Positions 40,290 through 50,002 of a stretch of 50,946 bases of DNA are shown here, in pieces. The notes under the pieces are model-generated. The model had not been told where the DNA came from. It made no database searches and saw nothing but the letters and a program-made list of their open reading frames with translations. Each line of letters begins with the position of its first letter. Within the stretch, counting starts at the first letter, position 1. The DNA is from Clostridiales bacterium. Lineage in GTDB: Bacteria > Bacillota > Clostridia > Christensenellales > UBA1242. A program made the translations under genes and the position numbers. Where the stretch lies: positions 62,001 to 112,946 of the forward strand of contig SVIS01000003.1 in the NCBI GenBank assembly GCA_015069385.1, given 5' to 3'.

Positions 40290-41420
40290 TTATTCAACAA
40301 ATTCTTCACCACATAAAGAGCAATGTTTTGCCAAAATATTATTTTCGCCACCACAATTTAAACACCTTTTTGTAGTTGTACTATGAGTATATAACCTATC
40401 TAAATTTAAGTCAACAAAAGTTTTTTCTTTCTTTTTAGGTTCAACACTTTTAATTTGTATTTCACCTTGTGTTTTTTCTTCAATTTTAAAATTGCCAAAA
40501 GGAACATATTCATCAATTGGCTCACTATTTATAGAACTTTGTTCTTCATTATTTTGTTCGTTTAATTTTTCATTATACTTAATTTCTTGATTATTTACTA
40601 ATACCTTATTTTCTTCAAAAACATTTTCGTTTAACTCTTCATTTTGGGAAGTATTTTCAGCCACCGTTTCAGTTTGTGCCACAATTTCTTGTTCTTGCTG
40701 TTTTAACTTTTCTTCTTGCGCTTTTATTGCATTATCACTTGCCTCTTGATATTTGCTTGGCAATTTATATTTATATATTCTAACATCACAAAGTTCAAGG
40801 CCTGCAGTATTAAATAGTTTAGAAATAGCCAACTTTAATTTTTCAGCAATTATAGGATTGTTATTTATAACATCATCTAACATAAAATTATTTTTTTCTA
40901 AAACATCTACTATTAAATCATTTACCCATGCCTCTATTAGTTCCTCAGCCTCACCTGTTTTAATAAAGTCATATTCATTTAAAAGAGATTGCATAAATTC
41001 TTGAACATTGCCAACTTTATATGAATAAACTCCAAAAACATGTGCTTTAAAAATGCCATATGCTTTGGTACCCATTTCTACTTTTCTATATGTTTTAAAT
41101 TTGCCCGCATGTAAATTTTTATCAACAAAATATTGCTCTGCTGAAAATTTATCTTTTTGTTTGCCATCTTGAATTTTATCTATGCCAAATTTTCTACACA
41201 TATAAGGTAAGTTTGCAAAGTTTAAAAAATATTCCCCCGTTTCAAACTTATCTGCTACTTTACCATTTTTACCAAGTACAAAAAAATATCCATCTGGCAC
41301 AACAAGTTTTGCATTAATTTTTACCACACCTCTAGCACCAGAGTAATTTGTAACCAAACACTTTAAGTCCTCTTGTTTTGGACATATGTCATATTTGTTT
41401 TTATTCCAAAATAATCCCAT
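40290..41420 (-). CDS. Hypothetical protein with a C-terminal zinc ribbon, possibly SPFH-like (COG4260-type)
   Basis: C-terminal 'CLNCGGEN...CSLCGEEF'. A central coiled-coil/low-complexity region rich in Q, E and N. The N-terminus starts 'MGLFW'. Confidence 0.35.
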   Translation of the reverse strand: MGLFWNKNKYDICPKQEDLKCLVTNYSGARGVVKINAKLVVPDGYFFVLGKNGKVADKFETGEYFLNFANLPYMCRKFGIDKIQDGKQKDKFSAEQYFVDKNLHAGKFKTYRKVEMGTKAYGIFKAHVFGVYSYKVGNVQEFMQSLLNEYDFIKTGEAEELIEAWVNDLIVDVLEKNNFMLDDVINNNPIIAEKLKLAISKLFNTAGLELCDVRIYKYKLPSKYQEASDNAIKAQEEKLKQQEQEIVAQTETVAENTSQNEELNENVFEENKVLVNNQEIKYNEKLNEQNNEEQSSINSEPIDEYVPFGNFKIEEKTQGEIQIKSVEPKKKEKTFVDLNLDRLYTHSTTTKRCLNCGGENNILAKHCSLCGEEFVE

Positions 41421-41630
41421 AATTTAATAGTATCATATTAAAATTTAATTTGCAATTCAACAATAGTAAATTTGTCATACTTTTGTCAGTAAACGCAAAG
41501 CAAAAAATATATTTACATTTTCTAAACAAAAACAATTTAATTACTGATAAATGTATGACAAACAACAATAAAAATTTTTTTTGCTTTATTTAATATTTTT
41601 TTTATGTTACCATATATAAAAGGAAAAAAT

Positions 41631-42623
41631 ATGGAATATATAATATCATACAATTCACAATCAAAAAATTTATGTTTTTTAGAATTAAAAAAATTAAATT
41701 GTAATTTTAAAGAAATTGATAGTTTGTCTAACGAACAAAGCCTTATAAACCTTGATATAGATAATGAAAAATTAATTAAAATTATTAATACAAAACCTAT
41801 AATTTTTTTAAGACATATTATTAAAATTACTAAAAAATTTAATAAAAATTACAATAAAACTGATTTTTTTAACACAATTTTAAATAATTTAAGTAAAAAT
41901 TTAACATTTAGTATTCAATTTTTAAGTAATATTAACAAACAAGATTGCTCAATTAACATTCAAACTTTGGCTGATGAATTAGAAAAGAATAACTATATTT
42001 TAAATGTAAAACAACCAGAGCAAATTATATCAATTTACGAAACACAAAATACCATTATGCTTGGTTTTGGCAACGAAAATTTAAACCTTTCTACCTTTAA
42101 AGGTGGAGCGCCCCATTTTTCTAAAAAACAAGAATTTGTGTCAAGAGCAGAATATAAATTATTAGAAGCAACAAATTTAACTAATTTAGAATTATCTAAA
42201 ATTTCATCTGCTGCTGACCTTGGTGCAGCACCAGGCGGCTGGACAAAAGTACTTGCAAGTAAAAATATTAATGTTCACTCAATAGACCCCGCTCACCTAA
42301 GCCCAGAAATAAAAAACATAAAAAATGTTAAACACTTTCAAATGCTAACTGAAGAGTTTTTGCAAAAATTTAATTTCACATACGATTTAATAGTAAATGA
42401 TATGAAAATGGACATATCGCTTAGTACCGACATAATACTTTCATTCTACCCTCGCCTTAATACAAACGGCTATGTTATTATGACATTTAAATTAGCAAAA
42501 AATTTTACATACTCACAAATCATTAATCAACTAAAACGCCTAACCGAAAAATATAAACTTGTTCTTGCAAGACAACTTTTTCATAACAGAAGCGAAATAA
42601 CAGTTGTGTTAAAAAAATTATAA
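41631..42623 (+). CDS. RlmM/FtsJ-like SAM-dependent RNA 2'-O-methyltransferase
   Basis: 'AADLGAAPGGWTKVL' matches the RrmJ/RlmM SAM-binding motif. An N-terminal THUMP-like region is present. The start is taken at 'MEYIIS'. Confidence 0.55.
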   Translation: MEYIISYNSQSKNLCFLELKKLNCNFKEIDSLSNEQSLINLDIDNEKLIKIINTKPIIFLRHIIKITKKFNKNYNKTDFFNTILNNLSKNLTFSIQFLSNINKQDCSINIQTLADELEKNNYILNVKQPEQIISIYETQNTIMLGFGNENLNLSTFKGGAPHFSKKQEFVSRAEYKLLEATNLTNLELSKISSAADLGAAPGGWTKVLASKNINVHSIDPAHLSPEIKNIKNVKHFQMLTEEFLQKFNFTYDLIVNDMKMDISLSTDIILSFYPRLNTNGYVIMTFKLAKNFTYSQIINQLKRLTEKYKLVLARQLFHNRSEITVVLKKL

Positions 42624-42717
42624 ATAACTTTATAATATGTTTTTTACTTTCAATAAAATAAGCCCCAAAAGTCAAACCACTTTTGAGGCTTCTTTTAATC
42701 TTATATAATTTTTTTTA

Positions 42718-44010
42718 TTATGCTATTACTAGTTTAAAAGCTGGACGAACACCACAATATAAATAAGAGTTTTTTGGTCCACTGAAATTAAGATTACCAG
42801 ACTCCGTCACAACCGATATTCGAGATTCAATACCAGCAGTTTGAGTTGTGCGTAACCACCAACTTTTATTAGAACCACCAAGCGAGCTTGCCTTACCTTG
42901 CACCGATGAGAATAGACCGCGATATTCTGATGTGCTTAATAGCCATAAAGATTGATCTATAGTTGATTGTGTTGTTGGGTTTGCTATGGTTTCATAATTT
43001 GAACCAAACTCTATATATTGCTCACCACCAAGCGTTCTTGTAGTTATTTGCCCATACACTCCTGAATATTTGTCTGCACTAAAGTTATATTTTGTATATA
43101 ACCCTGTTGTACCATTTACATAATTTTGTACGGTTGAATTGTTGTAATTTACGCTACCTGTTGAATCAAAATCAATACTGTCACTATCAATATTTTTTAG
43201 TACATATTCTGATATAAAGTAGTATGTACCTGCTGGAACTGATGTAGAATCTGTTGCTGTAAACTCATCTACTGCTACCATGCCATTTGCACCTACTTCT
43301 TCGCTGCCTGTTGCACTATAGGCAAAAGCATACCAGCGAAGGGCTGTGCCGTTTTCATCTTCACCCATCTCTACATAGAGTTTTGTTTTTGCGTTTTCTG
43401 TTGTATCTGGTAAGCCACTCATTGCTCCAGTTTTTAATGCACTTCTATCAAATGTATATTTTTTAAACTCTAGGTTTGCATCAAATATTGCTGATATTTC
43501 TGAGGCGGTTTCTATGTCTGTTAAAGTGAATTTTATTGTTATATCTTTATACTCACCTTTTGTTGATAATACAAATGATTGGTGTGAGGTTACTCCTTGT
43601 ATTGTTGTTATTTGGGTTGTTGTACTATTTGAATCATACGCTACTGGGTTTGGTATGTTACATAGTACTGGAAAGTCTGAGTCGCTTGTTATTTTTAAGT
43701 TTATTGTTATTGTATTTCCTTCTTCTACCAAATCACTAAAGTACATTGCTGGAAGAGGTAGTTCTTCTCCTTCTTCATCTACTAGTGTTTCTGCTATTGT
43801 TGCTTCTGTTCCTGTTAGTTTTGTGGTGAAATCTTCATCATATGCATCTATTGTTCCTGACACCTTTACCTTACAGCCATGCGCTGTAAAGCCTATTGTT
43901 CCGGTGGCAGTAAGTGAGGCTTGTTTTGCTGCATATATGCCTATTGCCATGGCACATATGCATAAACATATTGCTACTATGTTTATTAGCCATTTATAGT
44001 TCTTTTTCAT
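42718..44010 (-). CDS. Variable surface protein, paralog B
   Basis: 430 aa. Its N-terminal 44 aa and the C-terminal 'CGVRPAFKLVIA' are identical to paralog A, and the middle has diverged. Confidence 0.6.
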   Translation of the reverse strand: MKKNYKWLINIVAICLCICAMAIGIYAAKQASLTATGTIGFTAHGCKVKVSGTIDAYDEDFTTKLTGTEATIAETLVDEEGEELPLPAMYFSDLVEEGNTITINLKITSDSDFPVLCNIPNPVAYDSNSTTTQITTIQGVTSHQSFVLSTKGEYKDITIKFTLTDIETASEISAIFDANLEFKKYTFDRSALKTGAMSGLPDTTENAKTKLYVEMGEDENGTALRWYAFAYSATGSEEVGANGMVAVDEFTATDSTSVPAGTYYFISEYVLKNIDSDSIDFDSTGSVNYNNSTVQNYVNGTTGLYTKYNFSADKYSGVYGQITTRTLGGEQYIEFGSNYETIANPTTQSTIDQSLWLLSTSEYRGLFSSVQGKASSLGGSNKSWWLRTTQTAGIESRISVVTESGNLNFSGPKNSYLYCGVRPAFKLVIA

Positions 44011-44041
44011 ATATCTTTCTCCTTTTTAATGATATATTTGT

Positions 44042-44070
44042 ATTCTACCCCCCCCCCAGCCGGTTGTCAA
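44042..44070 (-). promoter_or_regulatory. Promoter of paralog B with a G10 tract in the spacer (consensus -35 TTGACA, 17-bp spacer, -10 TAGAAT; predicted ON state)
   Basis: On the gene strand: TTGACA-accggctGGGGGGGGGG-TAGAAT. The C10 run is at 44048-44057. Confidence 0.7.
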
Positions 44071-44167
44071 GCAAATTTAAATAGGTTTTTAATAATTTTA
44101 AAATGATACTTTTTTACATAAAGATACAAAAAATACCAATACTAATTTTAAAGGTGAGGTATTTTGT

Positions 44168-44947
44168 ATGGCACATTCTTATAAAGGAGCAATTTCATTT
44201 GGCTTGGTATATATTCCAATTACCTTAAGTGTAAGTGTAAAACAAAATGATATTGGTTTTAATATGCTCGATAAAAACACTATGAGTAGAGTAAAATATA
44301 AAAAAACTTGCGTGGATTGTAAAAACAAAGAGGTTAAAAATGAAGACATTGTAAAGGGTTATCAATATCAAAAGGGCAAATATGTAATTTTTACTGATAA
44401 AGATTTTGAAAAAATAAAATCACCAAAAGATAAAAACATTGTAATTGAGCAATTTGTTAACTTAGAAGAAATTGACCCAATATATTTTGACAAAGCATAT
44501 TATGTTAAACCATCTGGTGCTGATAAAGCATTTAATGTTTTACTTGCAGCCATGGAAAAAGAAAAGAAAGCCGGCATTGCCAAAACAGTTCTCGGTACTA
44601 AAGAAACACTGTTTTTAATTAGAGCAAAAGATGGCAAAATGTATGCAAGCACAATGTATTTTAAAGATGAAATTCAAAAATGCGAAGAAGTTAAAAAAAG
44701 CAAGATTGATAAAAAAGAATTAGATCTTGCAATAAATTTGATTAACCAAATGACTTCAAAATTCGCTCCTGAAAAATTTAAAGATGAATATACCGAAAAA
44801 ATAAAAAAAGCAATTAAGCGAAAAATTTCTGGAAACGATATTGTGGCAACATCAGAAAAGACTGAACAAAACAATGTTATTAACTTAATGGACGCTCTTC
44901 AAAAAAGTTTGTCTGGCACAAAACTTAAAGCAGGAGCAAGCAAATGA
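44168..44947 (+). CDS. ku: Ku protein (NHEJ DNA-end-binding)
   Basis: N-terminus 'YKGAISFGLVYIPITL' is the bacterial Ku signature. 259 aa. Confidence 0.85.
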   Translation: MAHSYKGAISFGLVYIPITLSVSVKQNDIGFNMLDKNTMSRVKYKKTCVDCKNKEVKNEDIVKGYQYQKGKYVIFTDKDFEKIKSPKDKNIVIEQFVNLEEIDPIYFDKAYYVKPSGADKAFNVLLAAMEKEKKAGIAKTVLGTKETLFLIRAKDGKMYASTMYFKDEIQKCEEVKKSKIDKKELDLAINLINQMTSKFAPEKFKDEYTEKIKKAIKRKISGNDIVATSEKTEQNNVINLMDALQKSLSGTKLKAGASK

Positions 44948-46374
44948 GTTTAGAAAAATACAACGAAAAAAGAGATTTTTCTCAAACTAAAGAACCAAAA
45001 GGCATTACAAAAAAAACACAATCTAAAAGTCTTAAATTTGTAATTCAGTTTCATAGAGCAACCACAGACCACTACGACCTACGTCTAGAATATAATGGGG
45101 TACTTCTTAGTTGGGCTGTGCCAAAAGGGCTTTCCACTAATCCAAATGTTAAACGGCTTGCTGTTATGGTTGAAGAACACCCAATAAAATATGCCGATTT
45201 TGAGGGTGTAATTCCTAAAGGTAATTATGGTGCTGGTGTTGTTGAAATTTTTGATAGTGGAACTTACGAGCAAACTGAAGACTTTAAGTTAGGTTTAAAA
45301 AACGGCAATTTGAAATTTTTCCTTAATGGAAACAAATTAAAGGGTTTGTGGACATTAGTAAAAACCGACAAAAACAACTGGCTTGTTATAAAAATTAATG
45401 ATAAATTTACAAAAAAAGAAGAAAAAACCTCAAAAAAACCTAAAAATCCATTCAAAAATGTTCCTGTAATGTTGGCAACACTATCTAATAATATACCAAC
45501 AGGAAAAGATTGGTTATTTGAAATAAAGTATGATGGCTATAGAATCACAGCATACAAAAGCGACAAAAGTGTGCAACTTTTTTCTCGTAATGGAAATGAT
45601 TATTCTAAAAAATTTTCATCTATTGTTGAAAGCGTAAGCCAAATTGCAAAAGATATTCCCTTTGTTTTAGATGGTGAAGTTGTTAGTTTTAATAAAGATG
45701 GTGTTTCTGATTTTTCTCTCTTGCAACAAAATATTAAAAGCAGTAATGATAATTTTAGTTATGTAGTATTTGACCTGCTTGCTCTAAACGGAAAAGACCT
45801 TCGCAATACTCCCCTAATAGAAAGAAAAGAATATTTGAAAAATATACTCGAAGGCACAGATAATAAAATAATTTATAGCACTCATGTTATTGGCAATGGT
45901 AAAAAATGTTTTAACTTAGCAAAAAAATTAAATTTAGAAGGAATTGTTGCTAAAAAAATCAACTCAACATATGTTGGTAATCGCAATGAAGATTGGCTAA
46001 AAATTAAATGTTATAAGCGCCAAGAATTTATAATTATTGGTTTTACTACAACTGAAAAAAACAAAATATTAAGTGCAATTTTGGTGGGTTTTTATAAAGA
46101 CAACGCACTAATTTTTGCCGGTAAAGTAGGCACCGGTTTTTCAGAAAATATGAAAAAAGAACTTGTTTCTAAGTTTAAAAAAATTGAAACAAATACTTGC
46201 CCACTTGCAGAAAAAATTGATATAAAAGCCAACTGGTTAAAGCCTAAACTGATTGCTGAAATAAAGTATGCTGAATTTACCAAAGACGGACTCCTTCGTC
46301 AGCCAAGTTTTGTTGGCTTAAGAGAAGATAAAAAACCTAGTAATGTTGTTTTGGAGGAAAAAGGTGGAAGTTAA
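44944..46374 (+). CDS. ligD: ATP-dependent DNA ligase LigD (phosphoesterase domain plus ligase domain)
   Basis: PE-domain 'FVIQFHRATTDHYDLRLE' followed by the ligase motif I 'KYDGYR'. Overlaps ku by 4 bp. Confidence 0.85.
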   Translation: MSLEKYNEKRDFSQTKEPKGITKKTQSKSLKFVIQFHRATTDHYDLRLEYNGVLLSWAVPKGLSTNPNVKRLAVMVEEHPIKYADFEGVIPKGNYGAGVVEIFDSGTYEQTEDFKLGLKNGNLKFFLNGNKLKGLWTLVKTDKNNWLVIKINDKFTKKEEKTSKKPKNPFKNVPVMLATLSNNIPTGKDWLFEIKYDGYRITAYKSDKSVQLFSRNGNDYSKKFSSIVESVSQIAKDIPFVLDGEVVSFNKDGVSDFSLLQQNIKSSNDNFSYVVFDLLALNGKDLRNTPLIERKEYLKNILEGTDNKIIYSTHVIGNGKKCFNLAKKLNLEGIVAKKINSTYVGNRNEDWLKIKCYKRQEFIIIGFTTTEKNKILSAILVGFYKDNALIFAGKVGTGFSENMKKELVSKFKKIETNTCPLAEKIDIKANWLKPKLIAEIKYAEFTKDGLLRQPSFVGLREDKKPSNVVLEEKGGS

Positions 46375-47209
46375 AATTGATGGAATTACAATAACTAATC
46401 CTGACAAAATAATATATCCTAAAGAAAAAATAACAAAACTTGATGTAGTTAAATATTACAAAACAGTTGCAAAATATATGCTTCCATATTTAAAAAATAG
46501 AGTACTTTGTGCCATTAGGTGTCATGGCGGAATTAATGAAGAATGTTTTTTTAAAAAACACCCCACTACCGAAACGGAAAATGTAAATACTATAAAAATA
46601 AATGGCGAAGAATATTTTTATATAAAAACCGAAAAAGACATAATTTATCAGGCACAAATGGGCACGCTAGAATTTCATACTTGGGGAAGCAAAATAAAAT
46701 CAATTAATAACCCTGACTTTATGATTTTTGACTTAGACCCAGCAACAAATGTTAATTTACAAAAATTAAGGCAAGGTGTTTTGCTCGTTAAAGAAATTCT
46801 AGACAATTTAAATTTAAAATCGTATTTAAAAACAAGCGGTGGAAAAGGTTATCATATTGTTGTGCCTTTTGCAAAATGCAAAAATTGGCAAAGTTTTAAA
46901 CATTTTTCACATAATATTGCTCTTTTATGTGAAAAATTACACCCTACTCTTTTTACAACTTCTATTCGTAAAAAAGACCGAACTGGCAAAATTTTTGTTG
47001 ATTACTTAAGAAACGAAAAAGGCTCAACCTGTGTTTGTGCATATTCGCTTAGGGCGCGAATTGGTGCCCCTGTATCGTTGCCAATTTCATGGCAAAATTT
47101 AAATAAGATTACACCAAACGAAATTAATATGCAAACTGCACTTAAACTAATTAACACTCAAAATCCTTGGAAAAATATTTATGAAACGAATCAAAGTTTA
47201 AATAAATAA
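46364..47209 (+). CDS. LigD polymerase/primase domain protein (separate Pol subunit)
   Basis: LigD-Pol-like sequence. The likely GTG start at 46364 follows 'ggagg'; the track ATG at 46343 overlaps the ligD 3' end. A bidirectional terminator lies at about 47215-47250. Confidence 0.7.
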   Translation: MEVKIDGITITNPDKIIYPKEKITKLDVVKYYKTVAKYMLPYLKNRVLCAIRCHGGINEECFFKKHPTTETENVNTIKINGEEYFYIKTEKDIIYQAQMGTLEFHTWGSKIKSINNPDFMIFDLDPATNVNLQKLRQGVLLVKEILDNLNLKSYLKTSGGKGYHIVVPFAKCKNWQSFKHFSHNIALLCEKLHPTLFTTSIRKKDRTGKIFVDYLRNEKGSTCVCAYSLRARIGAPVSLPISWQNLNKITPNEINMQTALKLINTQNPWKNIYETNQSLNK

Positions 47210-47256
47210 TATTTTAATTAAAAAAAGAATTTGCAAAATGCAAATTCTTTTTTAAT

Positions 47257-48123
47257 TTATCTACCTTTAGTTGTATCAACAACAATTTTTTTAGCTTCTT
47301 CAATTTCTTTTGTTCTATCGTTGCTTTTTTGAATTTGTTTTTGATAATTTTTTCTAATTTCAGCCTCATGAAGTGCAGAAACTTTAGCACATTCTACTAA
47401 ATAATTTAAACATTTTTTATATGTAGGTAAAAACTTTTCTTCATAATCTTTTTTTGCTTCATCATAATTAATATCTTTTACAACAATAGTTGCTAAACTT
47501 GTATTTGCCAAAAACATTTCCGAAAATTCATCTTTAGTTAAAACTGGTTGTTCATAATAATGACTTGGTTCATTAAAAGTTAAAGCAGGTGTACCATCTT
47601 TTGCATATCCAAGTATTTCGCCTTGAAAATCAACCGCAACAATTTTGCCCTTATTAATTAAACTTTGTAACTTTCTTTGAGAATAAACTTTTGTTGTAGA
47701 TAACTTAACATCATCTTTAGCATAAACATAAAGAAGAGCATTATAATTTTGAAGTTTGTTATCATGTCTATCTGAAACAAATTTTGCCTTTATTTCTTTA
47801 TAAATAGGAAAATTTCTTGAAATTAATGCTTTATTAACTTTGCTTAATTTATAGTCATCAAGTTCATAATATTTTTTAAGTGCATTAAAACGTTCAAATT
47901 CCAAAAGATATGGTAAGCGATAAACATCTTTTTTAACACTTGCTTTATAATCTTTTAATTCTTGTAATAAAGTTTTAATTTCTTCTGATTTTAAAACTAT
48001 TGGTTCAGCCTTATCAATATCTGTTAATGTGGTAGTTTTTCTGTAAGAACTTTCCAATAATTCTTCAATTCTACCATTTAAAAATTCAACTATATGATTT
48101 GGTTTATAAGTAAAAAATTCCAT
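47257..48123 (-). CDS. Hypothetical protein
   Basis: 288-aa ORF with no recognised motif. Confidence 0.3.
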   Translation of the reverse strand: MEFFTYKPNHIVEFLNGRIEELLESSYRKTTTLTDIDKAEPIVLKSEEIKTLLQELKDYKASVKKDVYRLPYLLEFERFNALKKYYELDDYKLSKVNKALISRNFPIYKEIKAKFVSDRHDNKLQNYNALLYVYAKDDVKLSTTKVYSQRKLQSLINKGKIVAVDFQGEILGYAKDGTPALTFNEPSHYYEQPVLTKDEFSEMFLANTSLATIVVKDINYDEAKKDYEEKFLPTYKKCLNYLVECAKVSALHEAEIRKNYQKQIQKSNDRTKEIEEAKKIVVDTTKGR

Positions 48124-48379
48124 AAATATACTCCATTAATAAATTTGCATGTATATTGTAACATACAAAAAATACCTTGTCAATGCTCGTTTTTTTTTAA
48201 TAATTTATTTAAATATATGTATATAAATAATTCTTTATTAATATTTTATCTTCTATTACATATAATAAATAAACCAAATCAAATTTGGTGAATGAAAAAA
48301 TTTTTGAATATATTTGACATATTTAAAATTCATTTGATAGTATATATATGATAAAAATTTAATTAAAGGAGATATTTTA

Positions 48380-49105
48380 ATGAAAAAGAAAATTTTAGGA
48401 ATAGTTCTTGCTTTTTGCTTAATGATTCCTTGCATGTTTATGGTTGCTGGTTGTGGCGATACAGCAATTTATGCTGGCACTGACTTAACTTTAGCCGAAG
48501 CACTTACTCAAGTAGAAACAGGTGGCACAATTAAATTAGATGCTGATATTGTTTTAGATGCAGAACTAAGAATTGCAAAAAAAGTTACAATTGACCTTAA
48601 TGGATATACAATTAGTAACACAGTAGACATTTGGAATGATGCTGCTGGCGAAAATGAAACTGACTCTTGGTCTTTAATTTCTGTTAGAGCAAATGGTGAT
48701 TTAACAATTAAAAATGGCACGCTTGCCGCAAAAGAAAACGATTGTTATGCTCTTGATGTTCGCTATGGTGGTAAGTTAACTATTGAAAGTGGCGAATATG
48801 TAGGAAATGTTTCAGCAGTGTATGTTGTAGAAGGCGAATTAAATATTTTAGGTGGAAAATTTAATATTCAACAATTAGATAATAGAACAAATGATAGCCG
48901 TTATACAATTAACTGTAATGATGCTAATCATACTGCACAAACAGCAATTGTAAAAATTTCTGGTGGTCAATTTGCAAATTATAATCCAGCAGGAAGTACA
49001 AGCGAATATCCAACAATTAATTTCTTAGAAGAAGGTTATGTTGCAACTGCTGATGCACAGGCAGATGAAAATGGCGATATTTGGTATACAGTTACAGCCG
49101 AATAA
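48380..49105 (+). CDS. Lipoprotein with probable parallel beta-helix repeats
   Basis: Lipobox 'VAGC'. Repetitive 'G..L.I..G' segments. A sigma-A-like promoter TTGACA-N18-TAGTAT lies at about 48316-48345. Confidence 0.5.
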   Translation: MKKKILGIVLAFCLMIPCMFMVAGCGDTAIYAGTDLTLAEALTQVETGGTIKLDADIVLDAELRIAKKVTIDLNGYTISNTVDIWNDAAGENETDSWSLISVRANGDLTIKNGTLAAKENDCYALDVRYGGKLTIESGEYVGNVSAVYVVEGELNILGGKFNIQQLDNRTNDSRYTINCNDANHTAQTAIVKISGGQFANYNPAGSTSEYPTINFLEEGYVATADAQADENGDIWYTVTAE

Positions 49106-49213
49106 TTATTGAAATAAAAATACCGCATAAGGTCATCAACTTTTGAAACTAGTAAAAAATAACAAACTTTACAATAAAGTTTGTTATTTTTTTATTTACG
49201 TTTTAATTTGAAT

Positions 49214-50002
49214 TTATTTTTTTATTGTAAATGCATATAATCTACGATTTAATCTTATGCCTTTTGAAGTTAAAAATTTATCGAGATATTTTTTTAATGT
49301 CTTGTCATCTTGCTTCTCATCATAATAATCTAAAATAGGTGTGTGTGTTAATAAATACTTTAAATCATCAATTGTTTTATAATATTCTATCTCTTCAAAT
49401 TTTAAAAATTTTATTTCAGAAAATCCTGCATCAAGACATTCATTCATAACCTTTTTGTATAAAGGTTCTTTGTTATAATCTTGACCTCGCTTAAACAAAT
49501 CTTTTAGTTCTTGACAGTCGTCTTCCGAATAATCTTCGGAAATAAAAACGCCACCTTTCTTTAAAACTCTAAACACCTCTTTCATGTTTGCGCCACAATG
49601 GCGAGAAACAACCAAATCAAAAGAGTTATCTGGAAAGTTGAATGGTCCATTGCAATCTAAAATTCTAAAATTAAACTTCTTTTTAATTTTTGGAATTTCA
49701 TCATAATATTTTTCAACATTCTTTTTTGCCTTCTTTAACATTTCTGATTCAAAATCTGTTAAATAGATTTTGTTCGCAAGACTATAAAACCTTGTTGTTT
49801 TTTCAGCACTTCCACAACCAATGTCTAACATTTTTGTTGTTGGAGTTATGTGTTTCACTACTTCTTTGTAATAATCATAATCACTTAAATGGTCAACAGA
49901 ATAATTCATTTTTGCAAAGTTCCAACCAATTTCTGTTCCAATTTCTTTGTAATCAAATTTTTTCATAATATTTCTCCTTAATAATTTTTGTTTTAATTTC
50001 AA
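49214..50002 (-). CDS. Class I SAM-dependent methyltransferase
   Basis: Motif I 'MLDIGCGSAEKT'. 262 aa. Confidence 0.7.
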   Translation of the reverse strand: MKLKQKLLRRNIMKKFDYKEIGTEIGWNFAKMNYSVDHLSDYDYYKEVVKHITPTTKMLDIGCGSAEKTTRFYSLANKIYLTDFESEMLKKAKKNVEKYYDEIPKIKKKFNFRILDCNGPFNFPDNSFDLVVSRHCGANMKEVFRVLKKGGVFISEDYSEDDCQELKDLFKRGQDYNKEPLYKKVMNECLDAGFSEIKFLKFEEIEYYKTIDDLKYLLTHTPILDYYDEKQDDKTLKKYLDKFLTSKGIRLNRRLYAFTIKK

